In this document: piece after piece, positions 63,460 through 64,000 of the stretch
How the letters are laid out: the number at the start of each line of letters is the position of its first letter
How positions within the stretch are numbered: the first letter of the stretch is position 1
DNA from: Chrysemys picta bellii
Lineage: Eukaryota
Assembly (NCBI RefSeq): GCF_011386835.1
Contig: NC_088794.1
Coordinates: 65,596,001 to 65,660,000, forward strand
Reading direction: 5' to 3'
DNA length: 64,000 nucleotides
Made by a program: the position numbers and the translations under genes
Notes under the pieces: model-generated
What the model was told of the DNA's origin: nothing
Seen by the model: the letters and a program-made list of their open reading frames with translations, nothing else
Database searches by the model: none

Positions 63460-64000
63460 TGTCACGGGGGGGTTGGCCCTTGTGAAGGAAGTAGGTCCAG
63501 TGCCCCTGTGCCAGAACAGGTGTTCCTGTTTGGCCGATTAAGAGCGTGTGTCAGTACCCGGGGGCTATAAGGGACCAGGAAGAATCAGAGACAGGGAGAG
63601 GACCCAGTTAGTTGGAGGAGACCCAGTGAGTTGGGAGAGACCTCATGAATCAGAGCTGCCTGAGTGGGAGTTAGGGGCAGATGAAAGCTACCAAAGACTG
63701 TATATTTGGTACCTGGGAGAAAGCTGAAGGCAGGGGAACAGCAAGAAGGGTTTGCCGGCTGGCATCCCCAAACCAGAGAGCCAGGGCTGGAGAGAGCGGA
63801 AGTCAGGTGCGGCAGAGGGAGAGCTGAGGCCTAGGAAGGTCTGAAGGTAGGGGAGCAGCAGAGGAGCTTACTTGGAAAGATCTCCAGGACCAGAGAGCTG
63901 GAGCCAGAAGACTCATGAGAGGGCAAGGAAGAGTAAGGGATGCTCTCCTGGTAAAGATTATCTCCCAGTAGACAGGTTGTGGGGGTAGTTGCTGGGAAGA
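63460..64000. mobile_element. Probable LTR running off the window end
   Basis: Abrupt compositional change starting TGTCACGGGG, with purine-rich internal repeats (GGACCCAGT(T/G)AGTTGG twice). Confidence 0.5.

Noticed and set aside
32621-64000. Second coding exon of MPPED2 (expected VDPIPYDTPKP...RFVCISDTH)
   Set aside because: Not found in the ORF track or by eye; it presumably lies beyond the window.

Overview
Vertebrate genomic DNA, most likely a turtle (inferred from the repeat landscape: CR1 with an (ATTCTATG)n tail, DIRS, many hAT and PIF-Harbinger MITEs, short Penelope-like insertions). The only host gene I can support is MPPED2 on the + strand. It has a CpG/CT-rich promoter region at about 26.1-28.4 kb, a probable non-coding exon ending at 26645, and the first coding exon (32377-32620, ATG at 32493, MAHGIPSQGKVTVTVDEYSSNPTQAFTHYNINQSRFQPPHVHM). 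I did not find the next coding exon, so 32.6-64 kb is taken as intron. The rest is mainly transposon-derived: two decayed DIRS retrotransposons, CR1, RTE, L2 and MIR fragments, solo LTRs and many nested MITEs. The two most notable observations are (1) about 8 short Penelope-like insertions, six with 9-12 bp target-site duplications, carrying a minimal hammerhead-ribozyme motif with a palindromic helix III, and (2) an 801-bp near-perfect palindrome in which the host DNA flanking a hAT MITE is itself inverted-duplicated. Repeat family names come from pattern recognition, not database searches, and many repeat boundaries are approximate.
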